30,554 nt of DNA, taken from IMG/VR virus record IMGVR_UViG_3300036987_000359, positions 1-30,554 of that record; one strand, 5' to 3'. The notes beneath the pieces are model-generated. The model had not been told where the DNA came from. It saw only the letters and a list, made by a program, of their open reading frames with translations, and searched no databases. Shown piece by piece: positions 1-9,850 of the stretch. This DNA is from a virus. Its lineage: Duplodnaviria; Caudoviricetes. The position numbers were made by a program, and so were the translations under genes. Within the stretch, counting starts at the first letter, position 1. Every line of letters starts with the position of its first letter.

Positions 1-1
1 C

Positions 2-1552
2 AAGCCCGGTTGCCTGCGACGAATCCGCCACCACGCTCGCCCCGTCCGCCCCCACCGCCACCTTCCCCAGCGCCGACGCCCCGGTCGCAGCGATCAGATC
101 CCCCTTCGTATACCCCGTCATCCCCGTCCCGCCAAACGCCCCCCCCACCGCCGTCCCATTCCAAACCCCAGAAAACTCCCCGGATTCAGAAATTGCCGCT
201 TTCAGAACGCCATTGCGATTGATGACTTCCAGCATTGGCCCATCGTTTAGCGCGTTCACGCCCCGCTCCAGGCGCACGAGGGGGAACACATTTGATTCTC
301 CTGGATCTCGGCAGGCGTCATCCACCAAGTGCAACATTGCCGAAGCGATTGTTGCCCCATCCTGTGACCCGGTTCGCTCTCCCAAAAACAACGGCTCATC
401 CCGGGAAGGTGCCCCAATAACTCGCGTTTGGCCAAAAATCTTAGCCGGTCCTTGAATTAAAGGGATGAACGTCACGTTTCCGAACGTCGTCCGCGTCGGA
501 AACCCGCTTCCAAACGTATAGATCGTATTGCTCCCGCCTGCTGCAACCACCGGATCCGAGTCGGACGTCATTTCCGGGCAGGCCAGATTCAATACCCGCA
601 CGATCGAGTTCGTCAAATTGAACAGTTTCGTGCCGCGCGCGACGCCGCCGAGAATCTCAAGAACTGCACCATAGGCCCAAAACAGTACATCGGCGCCGCT
701 GGTAGACGATACGTGACAATTCCGTAGCCGCAACAGCCCCGTAGGGCCTGCGCTTACCACGTCGAATCCGCCACTGATGTCGCAATCCGTCAGCTCGGCC
801 GTAATCGCAGCTGACTGCGAAAAAAAGGTGTCCCCGCCCAGGCTCTGCAGACGACAGCCCCGCGCCCGAAACGACGTCACCCACGGCGCAGCATTCCCGA
901 CACGGCACGCAAGCGCCCACTGCGCAGGATTTGTGTGCAGATTGCGCACCGTCAGGTTCTCGACCGCGCAATTGTCCGCTACCACGTCCAACGTCGGGTA
1001 CAAGTATCGGGCTTGGTGGAGAACCGTCGCATCCCGCCCCGCCCCGCGCAGCGTCACATTCCGTTTGTTCAGCACAATCGGTTCATCGATGATCCCAGGG
1101 CCAACAGATATTACCGTCAGCGCAGTATCATCTTGGATCGAATTAACCGCCGACTGTACGCCCGCGAAATCGCCTCCCGTTCCTACGCGAATCGTGTTGG
1201 CAAGCGCCTTCTGATGAATCGACGAATCCCCCACATGCCCACTCAGCAGCCGATTGCCTCCGACGTCCCCCCCCAACCCGATCGGCACCGGATGTTCGTC
1301 ATCCTCGAGTAACGAGTAGAATTCCGTCTTCAACAGATAATCCAGCATCAGGTCCAGCGTGTCCGGATGATCCAGGATCCCATGCGTCCCCACATGGTTC
1401 CACATCTCCAGCAGGCTCTTCTCCGCCAGTTCCCCGTCCCGCAGCAGCAGCCGCGTCCCGTCCGTCCGCACCCCGGCAATCGCCGGGTCCGCATAAACCC
1501 CGCCAAGTCCCAGCTCCAGCCTCTCGCCACGCACCTTCGCACTCACAACCAT
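2..1552 (-). CDS. Tailspike/tail fibre with pectin methylesterase-like beta-helix domain (runs off the left edge, >=517 aa)
   Basis: Hand-translated from ATG 1552 (MVVSAKVRGERLELG...), no stop to base 2, so missing from the ORF track. Motifs GGDFAGVQSAVN, VGPGIIDEPIVLNKRNVTLRGAGRDATV, VVADNCAVENLTVRN, CRLQSLGGDTFF, CDISGGFDVV; ends in fibre-type GGTGMTGYTKGDLIAATGASALGKVAVGADG. Confidence 0.8.
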   Translation of the reverse strand, partial: MVVSAKVRGERLELGLGGVYADPAIAGVRTDGTRLLLRDGELAEKSLLEMWNHVGTHGILDHPDTLDLMLDYLLKTEFYSLLEDDEHPVPIGLGGDVGGNRLLSGHVGDSSIHQKALANTIRVGTGGDFAGVQSAVNSIQDDTALTVISVGPGIIDEPIVLNKRNVTLRGAGRDATVLHQARYLYPTLDVVADNCAVENLTVRNLHTNPAQWALACRVGNAAPWVTSFRARGCRLQSLGGDTFFSQSAAITAELTDCDISGGFDVVSAGPTGLLRLRNCHVSSTSGADVLFWAYGAVLEILGGVARGTKLFNLTNSIVRVLNLACPEMTSDSDPVVAAGGSNTIYTFGSGFPTRTTFGNVTFIPLIQGPAKIFGQTRVIGAPSRDEPLFLGERTGSQDGATIASAMLHLVDDACRDPGESNVFPLVRLERGVNALNDGPMLEVINRNGVLKAAISESGEFSGVWNGTAVGGAFGGTGMTGYTKGDLIAATGASALGKVAVGADGASVVADSSQATGL

Positions 1553-1571
1553 TTGCGCTCACCCGATCCCG

Positions 1572-4500
1572 TTATCGTAATCCGCCAGCCACCACACGCC
1601 CCCGCACCCGCAAATCGTACTTTCCCAGCTCCATCAAGCTCTGCCCGGCCCCCGCAAACCGGATCAACCCCGTCACCCCCCCCGTCCCCGTGTCCACAAT
1701 CCCACTATCCACATACCCCGCCCCAAGGTCCGCCCCCGCCTCCAAGTCCCGTACCGGCTTCGGATTGATCCCCCCATCCTGCACCGCCCCCACTACCAGG
1801 TCGCCCGCGGCCGTCAGCCACGCAGCCCGCTCGGCCCGCAACGCCGGAGGAAGATCATAACGCTGCAAGTAGAACACCAAACGCCCCCCATCCTCAACAT
1901 CATCCCACCTCAATGCCGAATTCGCCGGCGTCCCCGTCAACTTCGCGTCCGCCACCCCGCCACCCTGCAACAGCGTCACCCCGCCCCGCAGCAGCAGATC
2001 CCCGCCAGCCGTCAGTCTCGCCAGTCTCACCCCCCACAGCACAAACTCGATCCCCAGGCCCCCTCCAAGCATCCGCACATACGTATCCCGCTGAAGCGCT
2101 CCACCCGCCGTCTGCCCGATCCAGTAATATCCCGCCATCCCAGGCTCACACATCACCGTCACCAGCCACCGGTATGGTCCCCCAAGTCGCTCCGTCCGTA
2201 CCACCCTCGCCGGAGCATGAAACAATGCCGCCCGCGGATGATGAACCAGCACCACATCATGCCGCTGCAGCCGTTCCCCGACCGCCCCGCTCACCGGGAT
2301 CTGCGCAAAATCCCATAGACGCCCCGCCAGACCCAGCCCGAACCCCGCCAGCCCTGCCACCGCCGCCCGTTGCCCCGCCAGACCCCCCGCATACCCGCGC
2401 GCGCTCTGCTGCCAGTTCAGATCCAGCGTCCGCCGCCGCAGCCCCAGCGCCCCCGCCTGGCTCACCGCGTCATTCACCTCATAGTACGTCCGGAAATCGT
2501 CCGAAACCAGGTTTCGCCGGTAATAGTATCCCAACTGGTTCGCAAACTCCTCCACCCGGTTCTCCCGCGGAAACGAATCCTCCAACAGTCGCCCCCCCAG
2601 ATCCACCGCGTCATCCCCGATCTCCATCACCGCGTCGGCCTCAGAAATGTCCACCCCGCGCCACCGCGCCGACAGCGTCGAACCATCCAGCAGCAGCAAC
2701 AACCGGTTCTCGCCGCACAAGCTCCCCATCAACTCCCGCAACTCCACCTCGCCCGTCACCGCCCTCGAGCACCGGATCCCCGCCCCCTCAGCCTCAGCTC
2801 GAGCCGCCACAAACGTCGCCGAGTCCCGGTACGCCCCCATCCCGTAAAACTCCGCCCCGTCAACCAGGTACGCCAACAGATCCACCGGGTTCTCCAGCAC
2901 CACCGCCGCCCCGCCCCCCACAGGCGTCCCAACTCGCCCATCCACATCGGCGATCAACGGCGCGTCATAAACCACCTCCGGAGCCGCGTAATCCACCTCC
3001 AGCCCCACCATCCCCACCGCCAGTTGCACCGCGTCACCGTTTCCCGGCAGGTTCAGCAGCACCTCCAGCCCCCCCGTCGTCCCCGCCGGCGCCCCCTGGC
3101 TGAAGAACTCCCACGGATCCTTACCCTGTGCCAGCCCCCAATCCCGCGCCAGCCGCCCCAGGCTCACCACCTGCTCAAACGGAGCACTCGGCACCGCCAC
3201 CCCGCTCACCGCGAAATAGCTGCCCGAAACCGTCGTGTCCGTGTCCTGCCCCTCCGCATACGGGTCAACCTGTATCTGCAACTGGATTTCAGACACACAG
3301 ACCGCATACGCCGATGGTCCGGGCAGCGGGTTGCTTCCGTAGCCGTAGACGTACTGCCCCGTGCGGATGATGATGCCTTGTAGCTTGCTCCAACTGAACC
3401 CTGCGGGAAGGGTTAATGGTCCTGTAGTGTTCGGGTATCGAAGGATGACTTTGAAAGTCTCAACGGTGCATGCCTTGTCCGAGAAAAACTGAACTTGAAC
3501 GTATTCAGGGGATTGCCACGACGTTCCAGAAACCCCCTTCGTCGTGATGGAGATTCCAATCAGCTTGTCCTTTGACGTCGCCTCCCGAAGGGGCTCTGCG
3601 TGCTGGAGTACAAGATCACCAAACAATGGTGAAGGGATAGGGTTTGGGTTCTGTGTCGTGTTGTACTGGCGTGGAGCCCCCGCGTAGAAGTCCCAGTCAC
3701 CGCAGACAAAGGTTTTATCGCTGCCGTCTGTAGCCGCTTGGCTCACGGGAGAGCCGTTTGACGGAACACCTTGTGATGGATCAACCCAAAAACCGGATGC
3801 TGATGTTGCGAACCCGCCGCTGATACGAGACAAACGCACATTTTGCCCCTGCCGCTGAATTCCCCACCGGCTCCGCGGCAACGTCTGCGACCCGCTGATC
3901 GCCCCACCCGCCGCGATCGCCGCCGGTGGCCGGATCGTCCCATTCCGCACCACGGCGCCGTTCTTCCGGATCTCGTAACTACCCGCAGTCGTCGAGTTCC
4001 GGTCATACTGAACCCGCATCCGCAACCGCGCCTCCCCGAACCGCCCGAACAACCGCCGCGGATTGTTCAGCGCACCGTCAAAGTGCCCATTGAACACCAG
4101 GTCCAGCACCCGGTCCGCCGCGCTCGTCTTCAGGATCACCGCCTGCGTGCTCGCCGCCGGGTCCAGGCAAAGCGGAATCTGACCCGCCACATTCGCCCCG
4201 CACGTCGGCCCCGCCTTCCACCTCAAGAAACTCGTCGCCAGCGCATACCCCGTCAACGGATCATACGTCCCGTCCGTCGCGCTGAACCACTCCTCCGGAA
4301 CCCGGCTCCGGCTCGACGCGAATCGTTCCAGCCGTGGCCGCGCCGCAAAATCAGCCACCGTGAACACCCGCCCGCTCGGCACCGTCACCTCGCTCACCAC
4401 CGGCACCACACCCGCCGGCAACGCCAGCTCACGCGACCCCGTACCCGTCTCACCCGTATCCACCCCGCGGCAGTTCGCCACCGCGCTCACCGGTCCCTCA

Positions 4501-5612
4501 GCTACCACATACCGGTATCGCCGAGCCCCGCCCACGCTCGGGATCGTCCGCACACTCGTTCCCCAGTCATGCACCACCGCCCCCGTCGGCACCGCAACCC
4601 CCCGCCCCAGCCCCGTCAGCGTGTTCCCCGTCTTCCCCGTATACCGGATCGCCTCCCCGTCAACCACCACCACACCGCTCGACGGCAAAGCCTGGCTCCC
4701 TGGCGTAATCGCCATCGAAGTCGCCCGCGCGCTCAGCGGCCCGTTCAGCACCGCCTCCCGACCCGTATAAAGCTCCCGCACCACCGCCCCGCTCGAATGC
4801 CCTGCAGCCACCGTCAGCGGGAATCCCGTCCCACGCACACACGGCGCCGCCACCCCACCCAGCCGCTTCGCCGCCCGGTCAATCACCGGGTACCACACTG
4901 TCTCATCCCCGATCTCAACATACCCGCTGTCCGGCCAAAGCGACAGCTCACCCGCCACATCGATCACCTTCTCCTGGTCATCGATTTCCCCCGCCAGCGT
5001 AGCCACCAGACCCACCTCCACCGGCACCAGCGGCAACCCGTCCACCTTCCCGAACACCGCCCCCCGCACCATCCCATAGCTCTCCGACGGCGACGCCGGC
5101 CAGTCCGAATCCCGGATCGCCGCACCGATCGGCTTTTCCCCGGGAAGCAGCAACGCATCCACCAGCCCCAGCGTCACCGACCGCGTAGTCCGCCCGATCT
5201 GGTCCACCCGGAACAGCCTGTCCCACTTGATATCCCCCTCCGTCCCCAGGCGGCCGTCCACAAATCCCAGCCGAACCACCGTCCCCGCAATCCCCACCGT
5301 CGCAATCAGATCCTCCACCCGCGCCCCGTCCGGGTTTCCCTCCTCATCCTCCGGCGAATTCTCCAGCACGATCGAGCAGCCATCATTCAGCGCGTCAAAC
5401 CGTGTCGGCATCAAATCCACCAACGTCGAAACCCCCGGCATCCCCCTCAGCTTCCCCTCATAAACCTGCCCATCCAGCACCAGCCGCCGCGTCCCATAAC
5501 GCCGCCGCCCCACCGGAGCCGGAAAGTCCACCCAGGCAACACAAACAGGCGCCAACCCATCCGCCTCATACCCCGCCAGCCTCGTAGTCAGCCCCGCAGA
5601 AGTCTCAAGCAT
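1572..5612 (-). CDS. Large tail tip / hub / host-specificity protein (1346 aa)
   Basis: Long ORF two genes after the tape measure; duplicated ~70-aa module (G.V.I..E.V.Y...RG......H..G..V); C-terminal ...NQLGYYYRRN...VNDAVSQAGALG segment typical of tail tip proteins. Confidence 0.75.
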   Translation of the reverse strand: MLETSAGLTTRLAGYEADGLAPVCVAWVDFPAPVGRRRYGTRRLVLDGQVYEGKLRGMPGVSTLVDLMPTRFDALNDGCSIVLENSPEDEEGNPDGARVEDLIATVGIAGTVVRLGFVDGRLGTEGDIKWDRLFRVDQIGRTTRSVTLGLVDALLLPGEKPIGAAIRDSDWPASPSESYGMVRGAVFGKVDGLPLVPVEVGLVATLAGEIDDQEKVIDVAGELSLWPDSGYVEIGDETVWYPVIDRAAKRLGGVAAPCVRGTGFPLTVAAGHSSGAVVRELYTGREAVLNGPLSARATSMAITPGSQALPSSGVVVVDGEAIRYTGKTGNTLTGLGRGVAVPTGAVVHDWGTSVRTIPSVGGARRYRYVVAEGPVSAVANCRGVDTGETGTGSRELALPAGVVPVVSEVTVPSGRVFTVADFAARPRLERFASSRSRVPEEWFSATDGTYDPLTGYALATSFLRWKAGPTCGANVAGQIPLCLDPAASTQAVILKTSAADRVLDLVFNGHFDGALNNPRRLFGRFGEARLRMRVQYDRNSTTAGSYEIRKNGAVVRNGTIRPPAAIAAGGAISGSQTLPRSRWGIQRQGQNVRLSRISGGFATSASGFWVDPSQGVPSNGSPVSQAATDGSDKTFVCGDWDFYAGAPRQYNTTQNPNPIPSPLFGDLVLQHAEPLREATSKDKLIGISITTKGVSGTSWQSPEYVQVQFFSDKACTVETFKVILRYPNTTGPLTLPAGFSWSKLQGIIIRTGQYVYGYGSNPLPGPSAYAVCVSEIQLQIQVDPYAEGQDTDTTVSGSYFAVSGVAVPSAPFEQVVSLGRLARDWGLAQGKDPWEFFSQGAPAGTTGGLEVLLNLPGNGDAVQLAVGMVGLEVDYAAPEVVYDAPLIADVDGRVGTPVGGGAAVVLENPVDLLAYLVDGAEFYGMGAYRDSATFVAARAEAEGAGIRCSRAVTGEVELRELMGSLCGENRLLLLLDGSTLSARWRGVDISEADAVMEIGDDAVDLGGRLLEDSFPRENRVEEFANQLGYYYRRNLVSDDFRTYYEVNDAVSQAGALGLRRRTLDLNWQQSARGYAGGLAGQRAAVAGLAGFGLGLAGRLWDFAQIPVSGAVGERLQRHDVVLVHHPRAALFHAPARVVRTERLGGPYRWLVTVMCEPGMAGYYWIGQTAGGALQRDTYVRMLGGGLGIEFVLWGVRLARLTAGGDLLLRGGVTLLQGGGVADAKLTGTPANSALRWDDVEDGGRLVFYLQRYDLPPALRAERAAWLTAAGDLVVGAVQDGGINPKPVRDLEAGADLGAGYVDSGIVDTGTGGVTGLIRFAGAGQSLMELGKYDLRVRGRVVAGGLR

Positions 5613-5678
5613 CCCATCCGTCCCTGTCCGTCCGTGTAAGTCCCAGTCCGCCCACGCCCGTGAACCCCGCCCGTCCCC

Positions 5679-6326
5679 TCACAGATAAACATCCTCCGCC
5701 AACACCGCAAACCCCACCTCCCACGTCCGCCAGCCAGCCACCGGAACCCCCGCACGAAACCCCCGCTCCGCATCCTCCAGCCGCACCTTCGCCGTCCGCA
5801 CCAGCCCCGAATCCCGATCCGCCCAAGCCGCCGTCAACGCCCCCATCCCGCCCCCCACATTCGCCTTCAACCAGCTCCGAAACCCCGCCCAGTCCGACAC
5901 CGACGTACCCAGCCCCAGCCGCACCACCTCACGCGCATCCCGCACCTGCGTCAGCAGCGCCGCCTTCCCCGTAGTCTCCAGCCGCTCCAGCCCCGGATCA
6001 TCCTCAGCCTCCCAGCTCGAGATCGACGGCACACTCACCGCCTGCCAAACCGCCGAAGGCGTCCACAGCTTTGCCCACGCACTCCGCCCCCGCCGCGCCA
6101 CAAACCGGACCGTCACCACCAGCCCGTCGATCGCAACAATCCACCCCACATACTCTGCAAGGCTCAAATCCGCCTCCCCCACAAAAACCTTCATCCCCAC
6201 CACCAGCCCGCTCACCGACCCCACCGTAATCGCCGTCGAACTGCCGCCGATCACAAACCCCGAAATCACCCTCTCATTACTCCGCCCCCGAGCCAACACC
6301 GGCGCCATCATCATAATCTCACCCAA
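5679..6326 (-). CDS. Tail protein, distal-tail position
   Basis: 215-aa ORF between tape measure and hub gene; G-ending codon bias like its neighbours. Confidence 0.6.
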   Translation of the reverse strand: MGEIMMMAPVLARGRSNERVISGFVIGGSSTAITVGSVSGLVVGMKVFVGEADLSLAEYVGWIVAIDGLVVTVRFVARRGRSAWAKLWTPSAVWQAVSVPSISSWEAEDDPGLERLETTGKAALLTQVRDAREVVRLGLGTSVSDWAGFRSWLKANVGGGMGALTAAWADRDSGLVRTAKVRLEDAERGFRAGVPVAGWRTWEVGFAVLAEDVYL

Positions 6327-6331
6327 CCCAT

Positions 6332-6417
6332 CCCGTCAACCAGGTCAATCCCGTCAATTCGGTCCATCTGAAATCTGAAATCTGAAATCTGAAATCTGAA
6401 ATCTGAGATCTGAGATC
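6332..6417 (+). repeat. Composite repeat: 9-mer array followed by 5x ATCTGAA + 2x ATCTGAG
   Basis: cccgtcaac caggtcaat cccgtcaat tcggtcc, then 7-mers at 6366-6417; fills the gap after the tape measure stop. Confidence 0.95.
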
Positions 6418-8593
6418 AATACCCAAGCCTTCCCCCGCTAACCCCCAGCCGCGCCTGCTGCTCCAGCACCTTCCCCACCTCCTTAGCCACCCGCACCGGA
6501 TCCGCCTCCCCCTGGATGTTAAACACATTGCTCTGCCCCCCGCCCCCCATCGGCATCGGCTCAAACGGCATATCAGTGATACTCCCAGCGCCCCCTCCCA
6601 CCTGCGGTAGCCACATCGCGTTCGTCAGCGGCTGAAACAACCAGCTCGACAGATCCAACGCGCTCCCGATCTGCGACGCTATCTTCCGCATCACCTTATC
6701 GATCATCGCCCCCAGCATCAGCGCAAACGCATCCGCAAACTCGACCGCCAGCTCGCTCCCCACGTCCACCACGAACGGCTTCAGGTCTGCCGCCGTCTCC
6801 TCGATCCATCCCGAGATAATCTCCGACCAGGTCGTCGAGCCGCTCATCCCCGCCTTCACGTCCTCCCCGATCCGCCGGCTCATCTTCTCCGCCCAGGCAC
6901 GCCCCTTCTCCATCACCCCCTCATCCTCCATCCACGCCGTAACCTGCGTCGCCAGCTCATCCCGCAAATTCGCAAACGGTTGCAACACCACCGTCGTGAA
7001 ATTCCCCCACCGCTCCTTCATCTTCTGATACGCATTCACGTTCGCGTTCTCCAGCGCGTCCCATTCCTGCCCCAACTGCGCCACCGCGATCGCGTTCTGG
7101 CGTACCGAAACCTCGCTCCCCGCGCCCGCCCCCTGCACAGCCGCCAGGAACGCCTGCGCATTCGCCGAAAACTGCCCCATCGCCTCCGAGCTGCTCGCCA
7201 GCGTCGCCAGAAGCCCACCCAGCCCCTGCTCACTGATCGCAGTCTGCATCGCCGCCGGGATCTCTGTCTTCAAAACCTCTGCCAGATCCTGGAGCGCCAC
7301 CGTCCGCGCATCAATCTCCTGTGTCAGCTCCTCTCCCGCGCGCTTCTCCGCCGTGATCTTCTCCGCCAGGTCCCCCTGCACCCGCCCCATGTTCGCAATC
7401 CGCCGCGTCAACTGCTCCACCACCGGCAACCGTTTGAAGTCCAGGTCCGCCACGAACCGCGCCTGCCGGTCATACTCCGAAAGTTCCTTGTTGTACTCCT
7501 TCAGCTCACGCTTCAGCTCACGCAGCTCCGCCCGCTCCAGACGGTTCAGCCGCTGCCCGCTCTCCTGCTGCGCCACCAGTTCCCGGTACCGGTCCGCCCG
7601 CCTCTGCGCCTCATTTGTCGCCGCCGCCATGTTCCCCGCAAGCCGCTCCAGCTCACGCAGCTCCGCGTTCAACGCCACCGCCTCACGCTTCATCGACTCC
7701 AGCGCCGCCGTCTGTCGCAGGAACCCGCCCGAACTCGGCGTCGACAGAATCTCGAGCTCAACCAGCGCCTTCCACAGATCCTCACTCGGGTTCGCCACCG
7801 CCTCCAGCGCCTCACCCAGCCCCATCAACCCCATCCGCATGCTCCGGATCCCGCGGCTCAACCCCGCCTCAGTCACCGAAAGCATTTGCTCCCAAGTAAT
7901 GTTCAGGTACCGCGCAGTCGGTGCCATCCGCTCCATCGCCCCGTAAAGCTCCCCCTGGTCTATCTTCAGCCGCCTCGAGGCGGACGCAACCTCCGCGATC
8001 ACCTCCGCCTGGCGCTTCCAATCAAGCTGAAATCCCCTCACGATCGCACGGCTCGACTCGATCGTCTCAATCGCGTCCGCACCGTTCACCTGGTAGTTCT
8101 TCATCGCAACCGACGCCGTCTCGATCGCCGTCCCCAGGTCACTCCAGGGCGTCCGAGCCGCAAGCACAACGTCAGTCGTCTCCAGCAGGTCCGCGCCCAT
8201 TCGATCCGCGAGGTCGATAACCGCCGCCTTGATCGCCCCAACCCCCTTCACCCCTTTCGCCTCCAGGACAGTGAACTTGTCCCCGAACTCACTCGCCTTG
8301 TCGATCCCGCTTGCGATCCAGTCCACCACCCCCATCAGCGCCTTCTTCAGCGCATTGAAGATCCCGATCCCAACCCCTTGCCAGATACCCTTCCAGACAT
8401 TCGCAAGCATCCCTGCCTTCGCCTGCTCCGCATTCACATCCTTCAGCCCCGACTCAGCCCCCTCGATCCCCGCGCCCACCTTCAGCCAGGTCTCCCGCAG
8501 CGCACGCACCTCCTCCAGGATAGCCTTCAGATCCCCCTTAGCCCCGCCCCCCACCTGGACCTCAGCAACAATCCGTGTCTTCTCGTCAGCCAT
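6416..8593 (-). CDS. Tape measure protein
   Basis: ~725 aa, Ala/Gly-rich and helical with a central coiled coil; directly after the frameshifted chaperone pair; start MADEKTRI at 8593. Confidence 0.88.
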   Translation of the reverse strand: MADEKTRIVAEVQVGGGAKGDLKAILEEVRALRETWLKVGAGIEGAESGLKDVNAEQAKAGMLANVWKGIWQGVGIGIFNALKKALMGVVDWIASGIDKASEFGDKFTVLEAKGVKGVGAIKAAVIDLADRMGADLLETTDVVLAARTPWSDLGTAIETASVAMKNYQVNGADAIETIESSRAIVRGFQLDWKRQAEVIAEVASASRRLKIDQGELYGAMERMAPTARYLNITWEQMLSVTEAGLSRGIRSMRMGLMGLGEALEAVANPSEDLWKALVELEILSTPSSGGFLRQTAALESMKREAVALNAELRELERLAGNMAAATNEAQRRADRYRELVAQQESGQRLNRLERAELRELKRELKEYNKELSEYDRQARFVADLDFKRLPVVEQLTRRIANMGRVQGDLAEKITAEKRAGEELTQEIDARTVALQDLAEVLKTEIPAAMQTAISEQGLGGLLATLASSSEAMGQFSANAQAFLAAVQGAGAGSEVSVRQNAIAVAQLGQEWDALENANVNAYQKMKERWGNFTTVVLQPFANLRDELATQVTAWMEDEGVMEKGRAWAEKMSRRIGEDVKAGMSGSTTWSEIISGWIEETAADLKPFVVDVGSELAVEFADAFALMLGAMIDKVMRKIASQIGSALDLSSWLFQPLTNAMWLPQVGGGAGSITDMPFEPMPMGGGGQSNVFNIQGEADPVRVAKEVGKVLEQQARLGVSGGRLGY

Positions 8594-8603
8594 TCCATCC
8601 CAT

Positions 8604-8630
8604 CCCGTCAATCAGGTCAACCCCGTCAAT
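8604..8630 (+). repeat. 9-mer array (3 units) just upstream of the tape measure start
   Basis: cccgtcaat caggtcaac cccgtcaat. Confidence 0.85.
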
Positions 8631-9018
8631 GAGGGCCTGTCCGCACCCTGCCATCCAGCTCCCGCTGCAACCGCGCGCACTCATCGTCCAGCTCCACCTC
8701 GCCCCCGCCCGCAAGCCGGTCCGCATACTCTCGCGCCGCATCCGTCCCGGCGCAGATTCCCCCGGTCGCCACCCTCAGCTCCCATTCTTCCATCAATTCC
8801 CCCCGCCTCAGCGCCCCCATCGCCTCCCCCCACCCCACATAGTCCACCACCTTCTCCTTGCAAACCGCGCTCGGCATCACACCCCAGAAACGCGCAAAGG
8901 CCGCAACCCGATGCAACTCCTCCCGCAACGACCCCGCGGCCTTCGCCTTCACCCATCCGCCTTCGCCCTTTCGATCGTCAGTGGCCGCGGCAGGGACCTC
9001 GCCGCAACCTCTCAGTCT
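8626..9018 (-). CDS. Tail assembly chaperone, frameshift extension (lambda gpT-like part of a G-T fusion)
   Basis: -1 frame from 9018 is open (RLRGCGEVPAAATDDRKGEGGWVKAK...) and continuous with ORF 8626..8952. Confidence 0.75.
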   Translation of the reverse strand, partial: RLRGCGEVPAAATDDRKGEGGWVKAKAAGSLREELHRVAAFARFWGVMPSAVCKEKVVDYVGWGEAMGALRRGELMEEWELRVATGGICAGTDAAREYADRLAGGGEVELDDECARLQRELDGRVRTGPH

Positions 9019-9383
9019 TTTTTTAACGCCTCCGGCGCCAAACCCCGCATCTCCTGCACCAGCAGCGCAAACACACGCCGCAGGTCATCCACCCGCGGAA
9101 ACCGCCGCTCCAGCTCATCGTCCGCCACATCCGGAACCAGACGCCGGATCAGCACCCGCAACCGCGATTTCAGAAGCACCAGCGCACCACTCGCGCTCTC
9201 CGGAGTCGTCTCCCCGCCCTCCGCCAGCCGGATAAACTCATCAATCGAACCCAGCAGAATCAGCCAGTCCTCAACCAGGTCCACCTTCCGCAGGTCATAC
9301 TCCGCATCCCCGATCTTCACCCGGCCAACCACCGGATCCCGGTTCTCCGGCATCAGGAAATCCAGGTCGATAATCTTCGCCAT
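9012..9383 (-). CDS. Tail assembly chaperone (lambda gpG-like)
   Basis: MAKIIDLDFL...ALKKD*; ends at a slippery site, upstream of the tape measure. Confidence 0.78.
   Translation of the reverse strand: MAKIIDLDFLMPENRDPVVGRVKIGDAEYDLRKVDLVEDWLILLGSIDEFIRLAEGGETTPESASGALVLLKSRLRVLIRRLVPDVADDELERRFPRVDDLRRVFALLVQEMRGLAPEALKKD
9018..9024 (-). promoter_or_regulatory. -1 programmed ribosomal frameshift heptamer A AAA AAA
   Basis: Minus strand TTA AAA AAA GAC TGA; X XXY YYZ form, with an open -1 frame downstream. Confidence 0.8.
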
Positions 9384-9388
9384 CCTCA

Positions 9389-9832
9389 TCACCCCAATCT
9401 GAACCCGATCTCGTAATTCTGCTCCCACACCTCAACCCCCGACTCCTCATCCACCGCCACCCCCGCCTCCCCGGTCCATACAGCCCCCTCAACGCTCCCC
9501 GACACATGCTTCCCCATCAACGCATCCTGCACCAGTTTCAGCAGCGCCTTGATATCCGCATACCGCCCCTCCAGGCCCGCGCAATTCCCCAGGCTGCCAA
9601 CCAGCACCTGCAACCGCGCCGTCGCATCCGTTACCCCGCCACCGCCCAGCACGCCCGAAGCCCCGTCATACCGCACCAGGCAAAACGGCACCTTCAGCAT
9701 CCCCGCCTCATCAAGGTCCGAATCCCTCAACTGCCCCACGCCCTTCACCAGTCGGAACGCCCCCCCCGCATTAGCCGCCACCACCGCCCCCACCGCCCAG
9801 CTCTCCACCATACCCCGCCAATCACTCACCAC
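9389..9832 (-). CDS. Tail terminator-like protein (Mu gp37-like)
   Basis: 147 aa; 'PFCLVRYDG' and 'LLKLVQDALMG...VWEQNYEI' pattern; follows the gpG-like gene. Confidence 0.6.
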   Translation of the reverse strand: MVSDWRGMVESWAVGAVVAANAGGAFRLVKGVGQLRDSDLDEAGMLKVPFCLVRYDGASGVLGGGGVTDATARLQVLVGSLGNCAGLEGRYADIKALLKLVQDALMGKHVSGSVEGAVWTGEAGVAVDEESGVEVWEQNYEIGFRLG

Positions 9833-9850
9833 AACCCTCCCACCCGGTAA

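Noticed and set aside
1267-1274. C8 homopolymer in the tailspike as a phase-variation tract
   Set aside because: C7-C9 runs are frequent throughout because of the skew; nothing singles this one out
657-1562. Short minus-strand ORFs 657-971, 1299-1562 and 1348-1542
   Set aside because: Alternative frames of the uninterrupted tailspike ORF starting at 1552
1-5612. Mu-type invertible G segment, gin or mom
   Set aside because: No invertase or gix-like inverted repeats seen; they may lie beyond the left edge
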